DNA of 64,000 nucleotides from Octopus vulgaris (GCA_951406725.2 OX597834.1:10602001-10666000); one strand, 5' to 3'; positions 42,395 through 57,152 are shown, numbered from the stretch's first letter. The notes: generated by a model from the letters alone, not told the origin. A program made the numbers and translations.

Positions 42395-42642
42395 GGCATC
42401 TTAGAGGTTAGGGTGTCAGCACCATGACCGTAAGGTTGTGGTTTCGATTCCTGGACCGGGCGACGCGTTGTGTTCTTGAGCAAAACACTTCATTTCACGT
42501 TTCTCCAGTCCACTCAGCTGGCAAAAATGAGTAAAGCTGCGATGGACTGGCGTCCTATCCAGATGGGAAACTCATACGCCATAGAAACCGGGAAACCGGG
42601 CCCATGAGCCTGGCTAGGCTTTAAAAGCGCGCATTTATTATT
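42395..42642 (+). mobile_element. SINE family D (tail T3)
   Basis: Reverse complement of the units at 18331-18845. Confidence 0.9.
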
Positions 42643-42816
42643 TTTGTGTGTGTGTGTGAGTGTATGTATGTGTGAGTGTATGTGTGTGATAGGGAGAGAG
42701 AGAGAGGGAAATTGGAGGAGACAAAAGCAAAGAAATGTGTCACATGATACAGTAAGTAAGATAGATCATCGGTTAAAAAGGAATTAAAATGAAAGAAGAT
42801 ATTTCGATGTGGAAAT

Positions 42817-43234
42817 GCGCAGGAGTGGCTGTGTGCTAAGTAGCTTGTCTACCAACCACATGACTGTGGGTTCAGTCCCACTGCGTGGCATCTTGGGAAA
42901 GTGTCTTCTAATATAGCCTCGGGCCAACCAAAGCCTTGTGAGTGGATTTGGTAGACGGAAACTGAAAGAAGCCCGTCGTATATATGTAAGTATATATATA
43001 TATATATGTGTGTGTGTATGTTTGTGCGTCTGTGTTTGTCCCCCTAGCATTTGCTTGACAACCGATGCTGGTGTGTTTACGACCCCGTCACTTAGCGGTT
43101 CGACAAAAGAGACTGATAGAATAAGTACTGGGCTTACAAAGAATAAGTCCCGGGGATCGATTTGCTCGACTAAAGGCGGTGCTCCAGCACGGCCGCAGTC
43201 AAATGACTGAAACAAGTAAAAGAGTAAAGAGTAA
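42817..43234 (+). mobile_element. SINE family A
   Basis: Full-length match to family A. Confidence 0.93.
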
Positions 43235-43285
43235 TATAAACGTACTTGCAAAAGCAGAAGACGTAATCCATTTAACACGACTTAG

Positions 43286-43341
43286 ACGTGTTAAAACGTG
43301 TTAAAACGTGTTAAAACGTGTTAAAACGTGTTAAACGTGTT
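43286..43341. repeat. Decamer tandem repeat (acgtgttaaa) about 5 copies
   Basis: Direct reading, between two inverted SINEs. Confidence 0.9.
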
Positions 43342-43373
43342 GATAAAACGCTTTTTTAAAGCATTGCATAAGG

Positions 43374-43586
43374 TACTCTTTTACTTGTTTCAGTCATTTG
43401 ACTGCGGCCATGCTGGAGCACCGCCTTTAGTCGAGCAAATCGACCTCAGGACTTATTCTTTGTGAGCCTGGTACTTATTCTATCGGTTTCTTTTGCCTAA
43501 CCGTTAAGTTACGGGTACGCAAACACACCAGCATCGGTTGTCAAGCGTTGCTGGGGGGAGAAACACAGACACACAAACACACATAA

Positions 43587-43637
<51 letters not shown>

Positions 43638-43835
43638 TGATATATATATATATATATATATATGCATATATGCCACGGGTTTCTTTTAGTTTCAGTCTAC
43701 CAAATCCACTCACAATGTTTTGGTCGGCCCGATGTTATTGTAGAAGACACTTGCCCAAGGTGCCACACAGTGGAACTAAACCCGGAACGATGTGGTTAGT
43801 AAGCAAGCTTGTTACCACACAGTCACTCTTGCGCC
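43374..43835 (-). mobile_element. SINE family A
   Basis: Full-length reverse-complement match. Confidence 0.92.
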
Positions 43836-44275
43836 ATATTTAGGAAGGTAACGATTTCGTAATATGTCTAGAAGTTTCCCCTCTCTGTATAAGTTTTGTG
43901 GCGAATTTAGATGACTTAGGTGCACTCAAGATACGAACGTTAACGAAAACGCGTGATTTATTAAAATACCAGACAAATATGTTTAGAATTCACAGAAATT
44001 GTCAACAAATTTTGAGACAAAACAAATCAGAGAACATGAACATCAATTATTTTTTATTCTGTCTGTAGTAATGATGTCATGTGGATATCAGAATAAAATA
44101 AATCTACCATTTATTGTAATAAACTATTGCAAAGTCTGTTCTGCATTTATTTGATTTGTACAAAATGTATAAATTTATACATTTATACAATACGTTGCTA
44201 AAATTTAAAACTACTTCTCCGAAAATGCCATGTCTATTTATTAGAGCTTTTGTGCAATCAGCACCCTAAAGTATA

Positions 44276-44668
44276 TACTCTTTACTCTTTTAGTTGTTTC
44301 AGTCATTTGACTATGGCCATGCTGCAGCGCCGCCTTTAGTCGAGCAAATCGACCCCAGGACTTATTCTTTGTAAACATAGTACTTATTCTATCGGTGTCT
44401 TTAGCCGAACCTCTAACTTACGGACGTAAACACACCAGCATCGGTTGCCAAGCGATGTTGGGGTACAAACACAGTCACAGAAACAAACACACACACACGT
44501 ATATACGACGGCCTTCTTTCAGTCTCCGTTTACCAAATCCACTCACAAGACTTTGGTCGGCCCGAGGCTATAGTAGAAGACACTTGCCCATGTTGCCACG
44601 TAGTGGGACTGAACACGGATCCATGCGTTTGGTAAACAAGCTACTTACCACACAGCCACTCCTACGCC
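44276..44668 (-). mobile_element. SINE family A
   Basis: Full-length reverse-complement match; inserted in a segment duplicated at 47525-47707. Confidence 0.92.
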
Positions 44669-44930
44669 TATATATGACACTTTTCATATAATTTCCACAC
44701 ACAGAAATACTCAAAATGCATCTCAATTTAATTGTAACGAGCCATGGTTTTCACTCATGTATATATCTTTAATCACTTAACACAATAAATTCGGATACAC
44801 AATTTACAACAGCAGCAACGCAACAATTATATACATGTAGATTTGTATACATTACTATTATAGCAAGAATCACACATATACACAGTAATGTAAAATGCAG
44901 TTTTGTAATACAGTAATGTGATATGCATTT

Positions 44931-45531
44931 AAGGCGGCGATCTGGCAGAAACGTTAGTGCGCCGGGCGAACTGCTTAGCGGTATTTCGTCTGCCGCTACG
45001 TTCTGAGTTCAAATTCCGCCGAGGTCGACTTTGCCTTTCATCTTTTCGGGTGTCGATTAAATAAGTACCAGTTACGCACTGGGGTCAATATAATCGACTT
45101 AATCCGTTTGTCTGTCCTTGTTTATCCTCTCTGTGTTTAGCCCATTGTGGGTAGTAAAGAAATAGGTATTTCGTCTGTCTTTGCATTCTGAGTTCAAATT
45201 CCGCCGAGGTCGACTTTGCCTTTCATCCTTTCGGGGTCGATTAAATAAGTACCAGTTACGCACTGAGGTCGATATAATCGACTTAAAACGTTGTCTGTTC
45301 TTGTTTGTCCCATCTGTGTGTAGCTCCTTGTGGGCAGTAAAGAAATAGGTATTTCGTCTGTCTTTGCATTCTGAGTTCAAATTCCGCCGAGGTCGACTTT
45401 CCCTTTCATCCTTTCGGGGTCGATAAATTTAGTACCAATTACGCGCTGGGGTCGATGTAACCGACTTAATGCATTTGTCAGTCCCTGTTTGTGTCCTCTA
45501 TGGTTAGCCCATTGTGGGCAATAAAGAAATA
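44931..45531 (+). mobile_element. SINE family C trimer (one head, three tandem bodies of ~183 bp)
   Basis: ggtatttcgtctg restarts at ~44980, ~45165, ~45348; single TSD agtaatgt(g/a)atatgcat at 44912-44928 and 45532-45548. Confidence 0.92.
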
Positions 45532-46166
45532 AGTAATGTAATATGCATATTTTTATAGACATGCATACGGTTTTTATTCTCAACAGTCTTTGACATCTAT
45601 TTCAGTCAGTCTCTTGCTTCTAAGTTTAAGTATCAACTTCCTTTACAGTCCTTCAGTAGTCAAGACGCCTCGTATACACAAACCCAAATTATGCATATAC
45701 ACGGACACAGTTACATGTAGAGCATAGTTATGCAATTTTGTTTTAAATTTCGGAGACAAATCGCATTTGTGTATAATTGTATGTTTATGTAAGAGTTTCT
45801 CTGTAATTTCTGCTTGATTAAAAATAAATTGTTTCATATGGACATATTAAATCTAGATATATTTCGTTAGACAGGAGAAATTTGATAAATGAAACAACTA
45901 AGATTATTTTGTCATTTTTAATCGATTTCCTTCTGTGTGAAGCATTTGTGAAATTACTACTGCACAACTAGAGGCGCTCAAACGTTTGAAGAATTTTTTA
46001 ATGCTTGTGTAATGAAGGTTTGGGTCAAATAAGATTATTTATATTCTACTCTATATTCACGACCAAATGGTTAAATTTTAAAATTAAGTCTAGCGCCAAT
46101 AAGTAGAAAAGAATATCTTTAATGAGAAAAAAGGGGTTTGTTCTTTTGAGGGTTATGCAATAAAAT

Positions 46167-46168
<2 letters not shown>

Positions 46169-46242
<74 letters not shown>

Positions 46243-46263
46243 GTAATAATAATGATAGTAATA

Positions 46264-46307
<44 letters not shown>
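46169..46307. repeat. (TAA)n microsatellite
   Basis: Direct reading. Confidence 0.95.
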
Positions 46308-46309
46308 AA

Positions 46310-46447
46310 AAATATTCAGACAAATACATAACAAAAACACCAGAACTTACAAACATATATAACATACCGAAAAGGTCACTACTGGGCACTGTACACATCC
46401 TACGCAAAACACTTTCAATACAGTAACCATCAGAACATCCACACAGA
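46310..46447 (+). mobile_element. 5'-truncated R4/Dong LINE 3' end (second subfamily)
   Basis: KYSDKYITKTPELTNIYNIPKRSLLGTVHILRKTLSIQ* parallels QIPGNLKMAEIQKIVLMGTAHILRNILSM* at 28280-28368; abuts (TAA)n. Confidence 0.75.
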
Positions 46448-48189
46448 AATTTTGTAACAATACAAATTCGACATTGGATGGAAAAATAAACAACGTTCCT
46501 ATATATTTATTTATTCTTGTAATGCACTGAGCTCAAGTGAAATATTTTGACATTCTTAGTGAAATTAAATAATTATTCTTTAAATTATAAAACTCTGATG
46601 CCGAGTGTTTTCAAATACCTCAGAATTTTTCAGATATAACTCGCAGTTTCTCTAGGAAAAATACAATGAATCGAATTATAACGTTTGTTATATGTTTGTA
46701 TGAAAATGATGTATATCCAGGTTAAGTTGAAAATCAACTTTAGTTAGATAACCTACTTGTAGATATGTACAAGCATTCTTGTGAAGTAAAGGAATTTTGT
46801 AAATAAACGTTACAAAGAATTTCAACTTGAAATAAAAATTCCAAATTAAACCTGTCAAATTTTAGATTCCATTATTAATGGAATACTCTAGAAGAAGCGC
46901 AAACGCTTTAATATTGATAACATTGTTGCTATTTAAATATTTTTACGAAAGAAGCCTTTCATACTATTCAGGAACAGAACTATGGAAAATACATTTTGAA
47001 AAGTTTCGATATAGAGGTCGACACAATTTTACAAGTATAATCCATAATTCCAAATGTTAAGTCTTTCAGTAGCCAGGAACAGATTCAGCAACGTCACCAA
47101 AGATTAATATCCTTGATATGAGTTGAATAGTGTAAGACATAAATGTTAAGTGAAGTAACTCAATTATACAAACCACCTGATTTTTAATAGAATTTTATCA
47201 AATAGTTACTTGTAGTATGGATATAGTGACAGGGTGATAGTTTACTTTAAATACCTCTCCTTCAAAACAATTGTTTTCAACAACTTTTATTCCAACACTG
47301 ATTATGCTGTGGATGCAATCATTTTAAGTGATCTTGAAAGTTATGTTTATTAAGAATCATATTCCAAGCACTGGTATCGAAATATATGAAACGTATTGCA
47401 TATGATATCAATAGAGAATACCCATTACCTTAATATTCAGCATTTAATAACTTTAAAGTAAGTTAATAAACTGTTTGGTAACTATACAAAATGTTGTATT
47501 ATAAAACCAAAGATATATACTACAATTTATTGAAATAAATTATTGCAAATTCTGTTCTGCATTTATCTGATTTGTACAAAATGTATAAATTTGTACATTC
47601 ATGCAATACATTGATAAATTTAAAACTGCTTCTCCGAAAATATTAGAGTCAATACCATGTCTATTTATTAGAGCGTTTGTGCAATCAGCACCCTACATTA
47701 TATACTCTCATCTGAAACACCAAAATGCGTCAACGTAAACTGCATTATTCCCACGTCTCAAATTCATGCTTTTATAAACCCTTGATATATACAAATGCTA
47801 TGGCCTAGACTGGCCATAAACAAATTCGAGAGGCATTAAATCCAATGGACATACTAGAATGTATGGAAATGTGTAGACCTAAACGAAGAAACACATAAGT
47901 CTACACCATTGCTTTATTTTTCCTTTGTTGTGTGTATAGTGTAAGCTCTGAAAGAACAGATATGAATAGAGAAAATTTACACAAGAGTATAAATTAGAAA
48001 ATTACTGTTGGAGGTGTATGTAGAAATGGACATTTATAAGAGCAAACGTGACTTTAAATTAGAAGCAGTGTTAGAGTTGTAAATATGGATATAATGATGG
48101 ACATCGATGTTTCGCCATATTTGTGTTTTTATAACTATTATGTACCCGAATCGAATTGGAGGCGTATTGATTCGTCCATCGATACAAAA

Positions 48190-48525
48190 GTAGCACTGGT
48201 CTAAATGCATATTTGAATTTATTCTTACGGATACATCAGCGGCCCATATAAACAATTAAAAAAATATCTATTTGTGTATGGCCATCGACAGGCGATTCAG
48301 TTCGCCACGAATTCGGTTTAGGTACCTGATGTTGATAAACCTCAAAATGACCATGTCCATCGCTCCTGAATATGATTTAGGGTCACTTATCTCACCTGTC
48401 TATGATTTTCATACGTTTTAACACATGATGCTTTCAGGGAGTTATCACCACCGCAAATAAATCTCAGCAACCAAGCAACGTCTGTACATTAGGTATGGGT
48501 CGCTGGAGAAATGAAATTGATTAAA
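48190..48525 (+). pseudogene. Possible decayed tyrosine recombinase C-terminus (DIRS/Crypton-type)
   Basis: One frame at 48417-48515 reads FNT*CFQGVITTA...LGMGRWRNE, comparable to the HSFRIGAATTA...LGRW motif with similar spacing; heavily degenerate. Confidence 0.33.
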
Positions 48526-48624
48526 TTACTAAAATTGACATATTTATATAAAAATGAAATTTGTGTCGCATTCTTAAATATATATATATATATGTATATG
48601 TATAACACATGTATATATATATAT

Positions 48625-48815
48625 TAACGGGAAGGTTTACGAAAATAAACAAAAGACGAAGGCAGGTGGAGTACAATCAAACAATTGTATTAGTATGACG
48701 CTCAGGAATAGAAATAAAACAAGTATTTTACGTTTCGAGCCTACGCTCTTCGACAGAAAGATGCATAGAAAAGAAACAAGGAGAGAAAAAAATGCGTGTA
48801 GGAGCTAACAGTCTA
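48625..48815 (-). mobile_element. Penelope-like element terminal fragment with a hammerhead-like motif (48726-48759)
   Basis: Minus strand TTT-CTGTCGA-A-GAGC(GTAG)GCTC-GAAA-CG-TA-AAA; lies next to (TA)n; related fragment at ~54215-54300. Confidence 0.55.
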
Positions 48816-49456
48816 ATATGTATATATTAATATGGTGGGGCAAGAAGCAGGTATAAACATTAATTTATTTCATTTTATTACGTTTACACTTACACGATGT
48901 CGGCGTCTGACACTCATCATTAAACATTACGATGCAGGAAAATGTTTTCCAGTATTCAGATGGTATCCAGTCCTCCACGCTAACTAACATTTTCTCAACT
49001 ACATCTTTGATAGTTATATAGTCTCAAAAGCTACTAATTTGTCACCAACATGTTTCATATATAGAAATATGTGTATGTCTTTTATGTATATATATGTGTG
49101 TATGTGTGTTATTCATAAGTTATATATACACACATCACATATATATGTATATACGTTATATACATACATATATGGGCACACACACACACCACGCATGCAT
49201 ATATATATATATACATATATATACATATATATATGTATATATATATATATATATATACATATTTGTAAAAACGGTAAGATAACAAAAGAAAGATACCTCA
49301 ATATTATGTAAATAGAGGAAATTTATCTATAAAATAACATGTGACAATGGCCGAAAAATTGTCACATATTATTTTGCATATATATAAATGTATATATATA
49401 TACGTTTAAATATTTGTCGTGCAAGCTTTTTTATGTGAAGTCGTGTGTTGAAACAG

Positions 49457-50000
49457 ATATTGTTATATTTCGGAATGGTCATATTGCCGGTTTAGCCAAT
49501 AAAAACACACGCACTATATATTTGGTGTTATTTTGCTTCAGTGATATTTATTTTTTACCTTAATCTTAATCTTATTTCGGCCAGAGTTCTTTCGTCACAC
49601 TCCTGTGACCGCATCAGTGGTCCTTTGTTTTCTTCTTTCTTATTTGTTTGTGTCTCTCCTTACTAACCGTCAGCCATTTTGTATTTCTATTAGAGATGAT
49701 AGCACAAATCACACACACACACACACACACACATACACACGTTTATGTATATATGTACACACACACACATATATATAGAAATACAAAATGGCTGACGGTT
49801 AGTAAGTAGAGACACAAACAAATAAGAAAGAAGAAAACAAAGGACCACTGATGCGGTCACAGGAGTGTGACGAAAGAACTCTGGCCGAAATAAGATTAAG
49901 ATTAAGGTAAAAAATAAATATCACTGAAGCAAAATAACACCAAATATATAGTGCGTGTGTTTTTATTGGCTAAACCGGCAATATGACCATTCCGAAATAT

Positions 50001-50008
<8 letters not shown>
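49457..50008. mobile_element. 234 bp near-perfect inverted repeat (49457-49690 / 49775-50008), probable Penelope-like pseudo-LTR inversion
   Basis: Arms are reverse complements with one mismatch seen; each holds a hammerhead-like motif. Confidence 0.8.
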
Positions 50009-50076
<68 letters not shown>

Positions 50077-51274
50077 TTTGTGCTATCATCTCTAACTATA
50101 TTTTATGTTTTATCTTCATGAGTTTTCTCGTAGAAGCACCGACAATGAAATACGAAACAGAAGCGCGGAAAAAATATATATATATATTGACTCATCTTCC
50201 AAATGGAAAATAAATAAATGAATAAATGAAAGCTTTTAATTAAGAGCATGCAAAGAAAAATGAACTAATCGTCAGTATTGAAAAAGAACTGAAAAATACA
50301 TCAAATTTGAACATAGTTACGTGTGACCTCAACTAACAGGTTTATTTTTTAAGTAAACACCCGATGATAGAGATTATCGGGAAATGCAAAACATTAGTGA
50401 AGCACTTCTTGCGAAGCTGAAATGCACAATCTTCAACGAATCTAATTTAGTTCATAGAATTAAAAAGAATAAAGCGTTGCATTTTTTGCTCCCGCTTCCC
50501 TATTTTCTTTCTTAAAATGCCCTTATCTACTCCTACTTCCCTCTTACTTTTCGGATTTCCACCATTGCTAGTAGGTGCATTTACAACTTTTGTTGATCTA
50601 GTATTCTAGATATTGTATTAAATTCTCTCATGATCGCATATATGCTTTTGTTTTTCTTCTTATACAAAAGAAAAGAAATAAAACGATTAAATGACAGTAT
50701 TTTTACATTGATTATTGCACAGCGAGTGTGTAGGTAGAGGGGCATAAGCAACTGTATAACCCTGTGTTTGCATTGAATGTGAAAAAGAAAGAATATATTC
50801 AATAATGACAAACTTTAAAGAACGAATTATTCAATGAAAAAAAAAAATTGTTATCGCGAATGCCTTTGATATCGTGACCCAACAATACTCTTTATTATTT
50901 TAATTTTCTTTTTTAGTTCTGTAAGTAAATATTTCACCAGATCTCGAATGCAATTGTGATTATGACAGCAAAATGTAAAAAAATGACATAATAAATTTTT
51001 CAAAATATGATTTTGTCAAATAATCTGTTTTACAACAGTAGGTAATTTTTTAAGAAGAATTTTCGTATTGTTTTCCTTAAAATTTTTTTTATGACGTTAC
51101 CTAATGTAAAGAGTAATGAGATTTTGTTTCTCGTAAAATCTATGTTTTAAAAGTGTTTTAAGACCGTTTTTCTTCCTACATACTTGTTCTAACGTAGAAT
51201 AAAAAAGGAGTTAATATGATTGAATATTTCTAAGATAAACTACACACTATATAAACTACATACATAAAATACAA

Positions 51275-51586
51275 GGGCCGACCAAACCCTTGTGAGTGGA
51301 TTTGGTAGACGGAAACTGAAAGAAGCCCGTCGTGTATATACTTATATATATATGCGTGTGTATGTGTGTGTATATGTTTGTATGTCTCTGTTTGTCCTTC
51401 CAACAGCGCTTGACAACCTATGCTGCTGTGTTTACGTCCCCGAAACTTCGGCAAATGAGGCCGATAGAATAAATACTAGGCTTACAAAGAATTAGTCCCG
51501 GGGTCGATTTGCTCGACTAAAGGCGGGGCTCCAGCATGACCACAGTCAAATGACTGAAGCACGTAAAATAGTAAAAGAGTAAAGAG
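51275..51586 (+). mobile_element. SINE family A, 5'-truncated
   Basis: Starts at gggccgaccaaacccttgtgagtgg, ends in the agtaaaagag tail. Confidence 0.88.
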
Positions 51587-51777
51587 ACTATACATAAGGT
51601 AGTTATGAAGGTGTTTGTTATATTTACCCTTAAATATTCAAAACTTGGGTGCCTTCGATGTTCGGGTTTCAAATATTTGTTAATCTGAATTTTAGAGCAT
51701 TCAACATCGGTCTTCTCGAGTTTACCGTTTTCCTGTTCAGCACCATAAACTAAGCATTCTATGTATTATATATGTAT

Positions 51778-51862
<85 letters not shown>

Positions 51863-51937
51863 CGTGTGTGTGTGCGTGTGTGTATGTATACATACATATA
51901 GAGATATGATCTATTATATATATATGCATATATATAT

Positions 51938-52215
51938 ATTCTTTTATTCTTTTACCTCTGGCATTTGGCTGCGGCCATGCGGAAACCCCACCTTTAGTCG
52001 AGCAAATCGACAACAGGATTTATTCTTTGTAACCCTAGTACTCATTATATCGGTCTCTTTTGCTGAAACGCTAAGTTAAGGAGATGTAACCACACCAGCA
52101 TCAGTTGTCAAGCGATGTTGGGGGATACAAACACAGAAGCACATACACAAACATGCATACATTCATACATACATAAACACATGCACACACACACACAAAC
52201 ACACACACACGCGCA

Positions 52216-52300
<85 letters not shown>
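51938..52300 (-). mobile_element. SINE family A, 3' half plus its microsatellite
   Basis: gctgcggccatgc...cctttagtcgagcaaatcgac...cacaccagcatcagttgtcaagcgatg. Confidence 0.8.
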
Positions 52301-52304
<4 letters not shown>

Positions 52305-52659
52305 AATCTCCCCGCAAAAAAACCGAAGCACAAGCACGCGAAGAAACAACGGTTAGGCATAGCAAGCCTAAAGTTTGCTGTACGTATGTTTCAGAACGAA
52401 GTGTTCTACGATTATAGAGCGGTGAAAGTAAAAATCGATGACAGAGGAATAACTTATAGCAATTCCTGATATTACAAGCAGTGTACTCATATGCGCAAGA
52501 CTAAATTTTTTCTCAAATACATTGCCGTTCATATTCGATGCTCCGAAGAAACTAGCAGTTGTTACTTAGACAATCAACTATGACTCCACTAATGCAACTA
52601 GCAGAAACAGCTGTGAGCTAATGACATCATGTCATTTGTTCTTTCGTCATCTATTTTTC

Positions 52660-52710
<51 letters not shown>

Positions 52711-52747
52711 TGTGTGTGTGTGTGTGTGTATATAAATATATATATAT

Positions 52748-53070
52748 GTGAGGGCGCGTGGCTTAGTGGTTAGGGCATTCGGCTCATGATCGTAAGGTTG
52801 TGAGTTCGATTCCCGGCGACGCGTTGTGTCCTTGAGCAAGACACTTTATTTCACGTTGCTCCAGTCCCCTCAGCTGGCAAAAATGAGTTGTACTTGTATT
52901 TTCAAAGGGTCAGCCTTGTCACTCTCTGTGTCACGCTGATTATCCCCGAGAACTACGTTAAGGGTACACGTGTCTGTTGAATGCTCAGCCATTTGCACGT
53001 TAATTTCACGAGCAAGCTGTTCCGTTGATCGTATCAGCTGGGACCCTCATCGTCGTAACCGGCGGAGTCT
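52748..53070 (+). mobile_element. Chimeric SINE: D-type head and core with B-type tail T1
   Basis: D core to ggcaaaaatgag (~52887), then ttgtacttgtattttcaaaggg...ctacgttaagggtacacgtgtc...cgtcgtaacc from family B. Confidence 0.9.
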
Positions 53071-53463
53071 TTAAAAATATATATATATATGATGAATAGA
53101 CTTCGCGAAAACCAATTGGTTCGTTTTGTTCTCTTACTTTATTATTATTTTCATCTAATAATCATCTCACAATAATGACCTTTATGACTCGTATTACTAC
53201 CTCAGTCAATCTAAATGTATATATATGTCACTACCTGTCATAAATAGCTTTTTTCTATCTGCAATATGCATTTTCGTTGATTTTTCATATGTTACTCTTA
53301 CATATCCACGTGTATTTTATATTTTCTTTTCGTAACATATTTCTACTATATATATCTAATAATTTTGATATATATTTAAAATAATATAAAATAATTAATC
53401 TTATGTATTGGCTTAAGTTTTTCATCGTATGATTTGCCTAATAGTGGTTTTATCTCTAATTTA

Positions 53464-53515
<52 letters not shown>

Positions 53516-53694
53516 GTAGGTGAATGAATTATCCTATGTTTATCGTCAGCATGGAAAATTCGTTTAACCGAAACCTGGGTAGCAAATTCACGTCATAAAA
53601 CACGGTTGAAGCGACCTGTCAAGGGTAGAAACTCCGGGTTCATGTGTAGAAATTTGTTTGTTGTATATGAACAAATGATATATATATATATATA

Positions 53695-54077
53695 CTAGCA
53701 GTATCGCCCGGCGTTGCTCAGGTTTGTAAGGGAAATAACTATAAAGCATCTTTAGAGAGTTATAGCCAAAAAATAGCAAAAAAATGGGAAAAAAATTATG
53801 GTAAATTGTTTTTGAGAGTAAAAAGAGGTTGAGTTGCGTCCCCTAGACAGTCTGTGGTTTGTTTTTTTTATTCTCGACCCCATGTCGAATTTATCGATTT
53901 TTTCAGAACTGGGGGAACTTTTCAAAATTTTCGCTGCGTTAGTTTTGAATTATGACATTGGGCTATGCGTGTGTCAAGTTTCATCAGAATCGGTTGAAAG
54001 CCGTGGTCAGGGTGAGGGTACGAGAAAACAGACACACAGAAACACGCACAGACAAACTGCCGTTTATATATAGAGAG

Positions 54078-54078
<1 letters not shown>
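53695..54078 (-). mobile_element. Non-autonomous Helitron (H2), alternative 5' module
   Basis: Same 3' CTAG/hairpin ~125 bp as H1/H3/H4; different 5' part (aagtttcatcagaatcggttg...acagacacacagaaac); TC start on the minus strand. Confidence 0.82.
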
Positions 54079-54123
<45 letters not shown>

Positions 54124-54155
54124 TATATATAATATATATATATATATAATATATA

Positions 54156-54211
<56 letters not shown>

Positions 54212-54298
54212 AATCCAAACGGGAAAACAAAAAAACAACAACACGTGGAACAATTACAGTATTATTATTAATAGGCGCTCAGGAAATATGGAAGCAGG

Positions 54299-54361
<63 letters not shown>

Positions 54362-54424
54362 ATATATATATATATATATATATAATGAGGCGTGTGTGTG
54401 TCAGTGTATGCGTGTCTCTCTCTC

Positions 54425-54470
54425 TGTGTATTTGTGTGTGTTCACCACCTCTTGCCAACAGGTGTTAATT

Positions 54471-54505
<35 letters not shown>

Positions 54506-54604
54506 ATGTGTTTGTGTGTACCTATCTTCCTCTTGTGCCGAACTGCCTTACTTATACAAATCAACACCTGTTGGCAGGCGGTGGTGAATACACACAAATA
54601 CACA
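54425..54604. repeat. Imperfect inverted repeat, ~52 bp arms
   Basis: tgtgtatttgtgtgtgttcaccacctcttgccaacaggtgttaatttgtata / tatacaaatcaacacctgttggcaggcggtggtgaatacacacaaatacaca. Confidence 0.85.
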
Positions 54605-55174
54605 CACACATACAGACACACGGATACACTCACACATACATAATACACCTCATTCTCGCGGTACCGACAAAACGAAAGCAAATTTTAAACTACTTATCAA
54701 ATATGCGTATCTTTTAAGATAGAAATCCCGGCTAGATTTGTTGTGATACGGTTAACCACATAGCCATGCGTACAACTATATTGTACTTGCCGTGTACTAA
54801 TGTTTGCGAATAGTCATTTCCTGATTGGCATTCCGCTTATAATTGGCGTGATTGCTTCCAACATTTCTTATAAGCCTCCGTCGCACACGCGCATGCCCGT
54901 GCACGCACACACACACACACACACGGGTGTGTGTGTGTGTTCGTCTATGTAATTATGTTCTTTTTGTGTATTGAGAAAGAAAAAAAAGGCTGCACTCATT
55001 GACTCGTCCTACTACATAATTCATCTATTGTATTGTAATTACTTCGACTCTTGTTTTTCATAATATGACTTCCCTACCTTCATGTTAAAGAAATTTATCC
55101 TCGCATATAATACATAATCACGCGCAAAAAGAAAAAAGAATAAGCAAAGAAATTGTGTGCGTCTGCGTGGTGCA

Positions 55175-57152
<1,978 letters not shown>

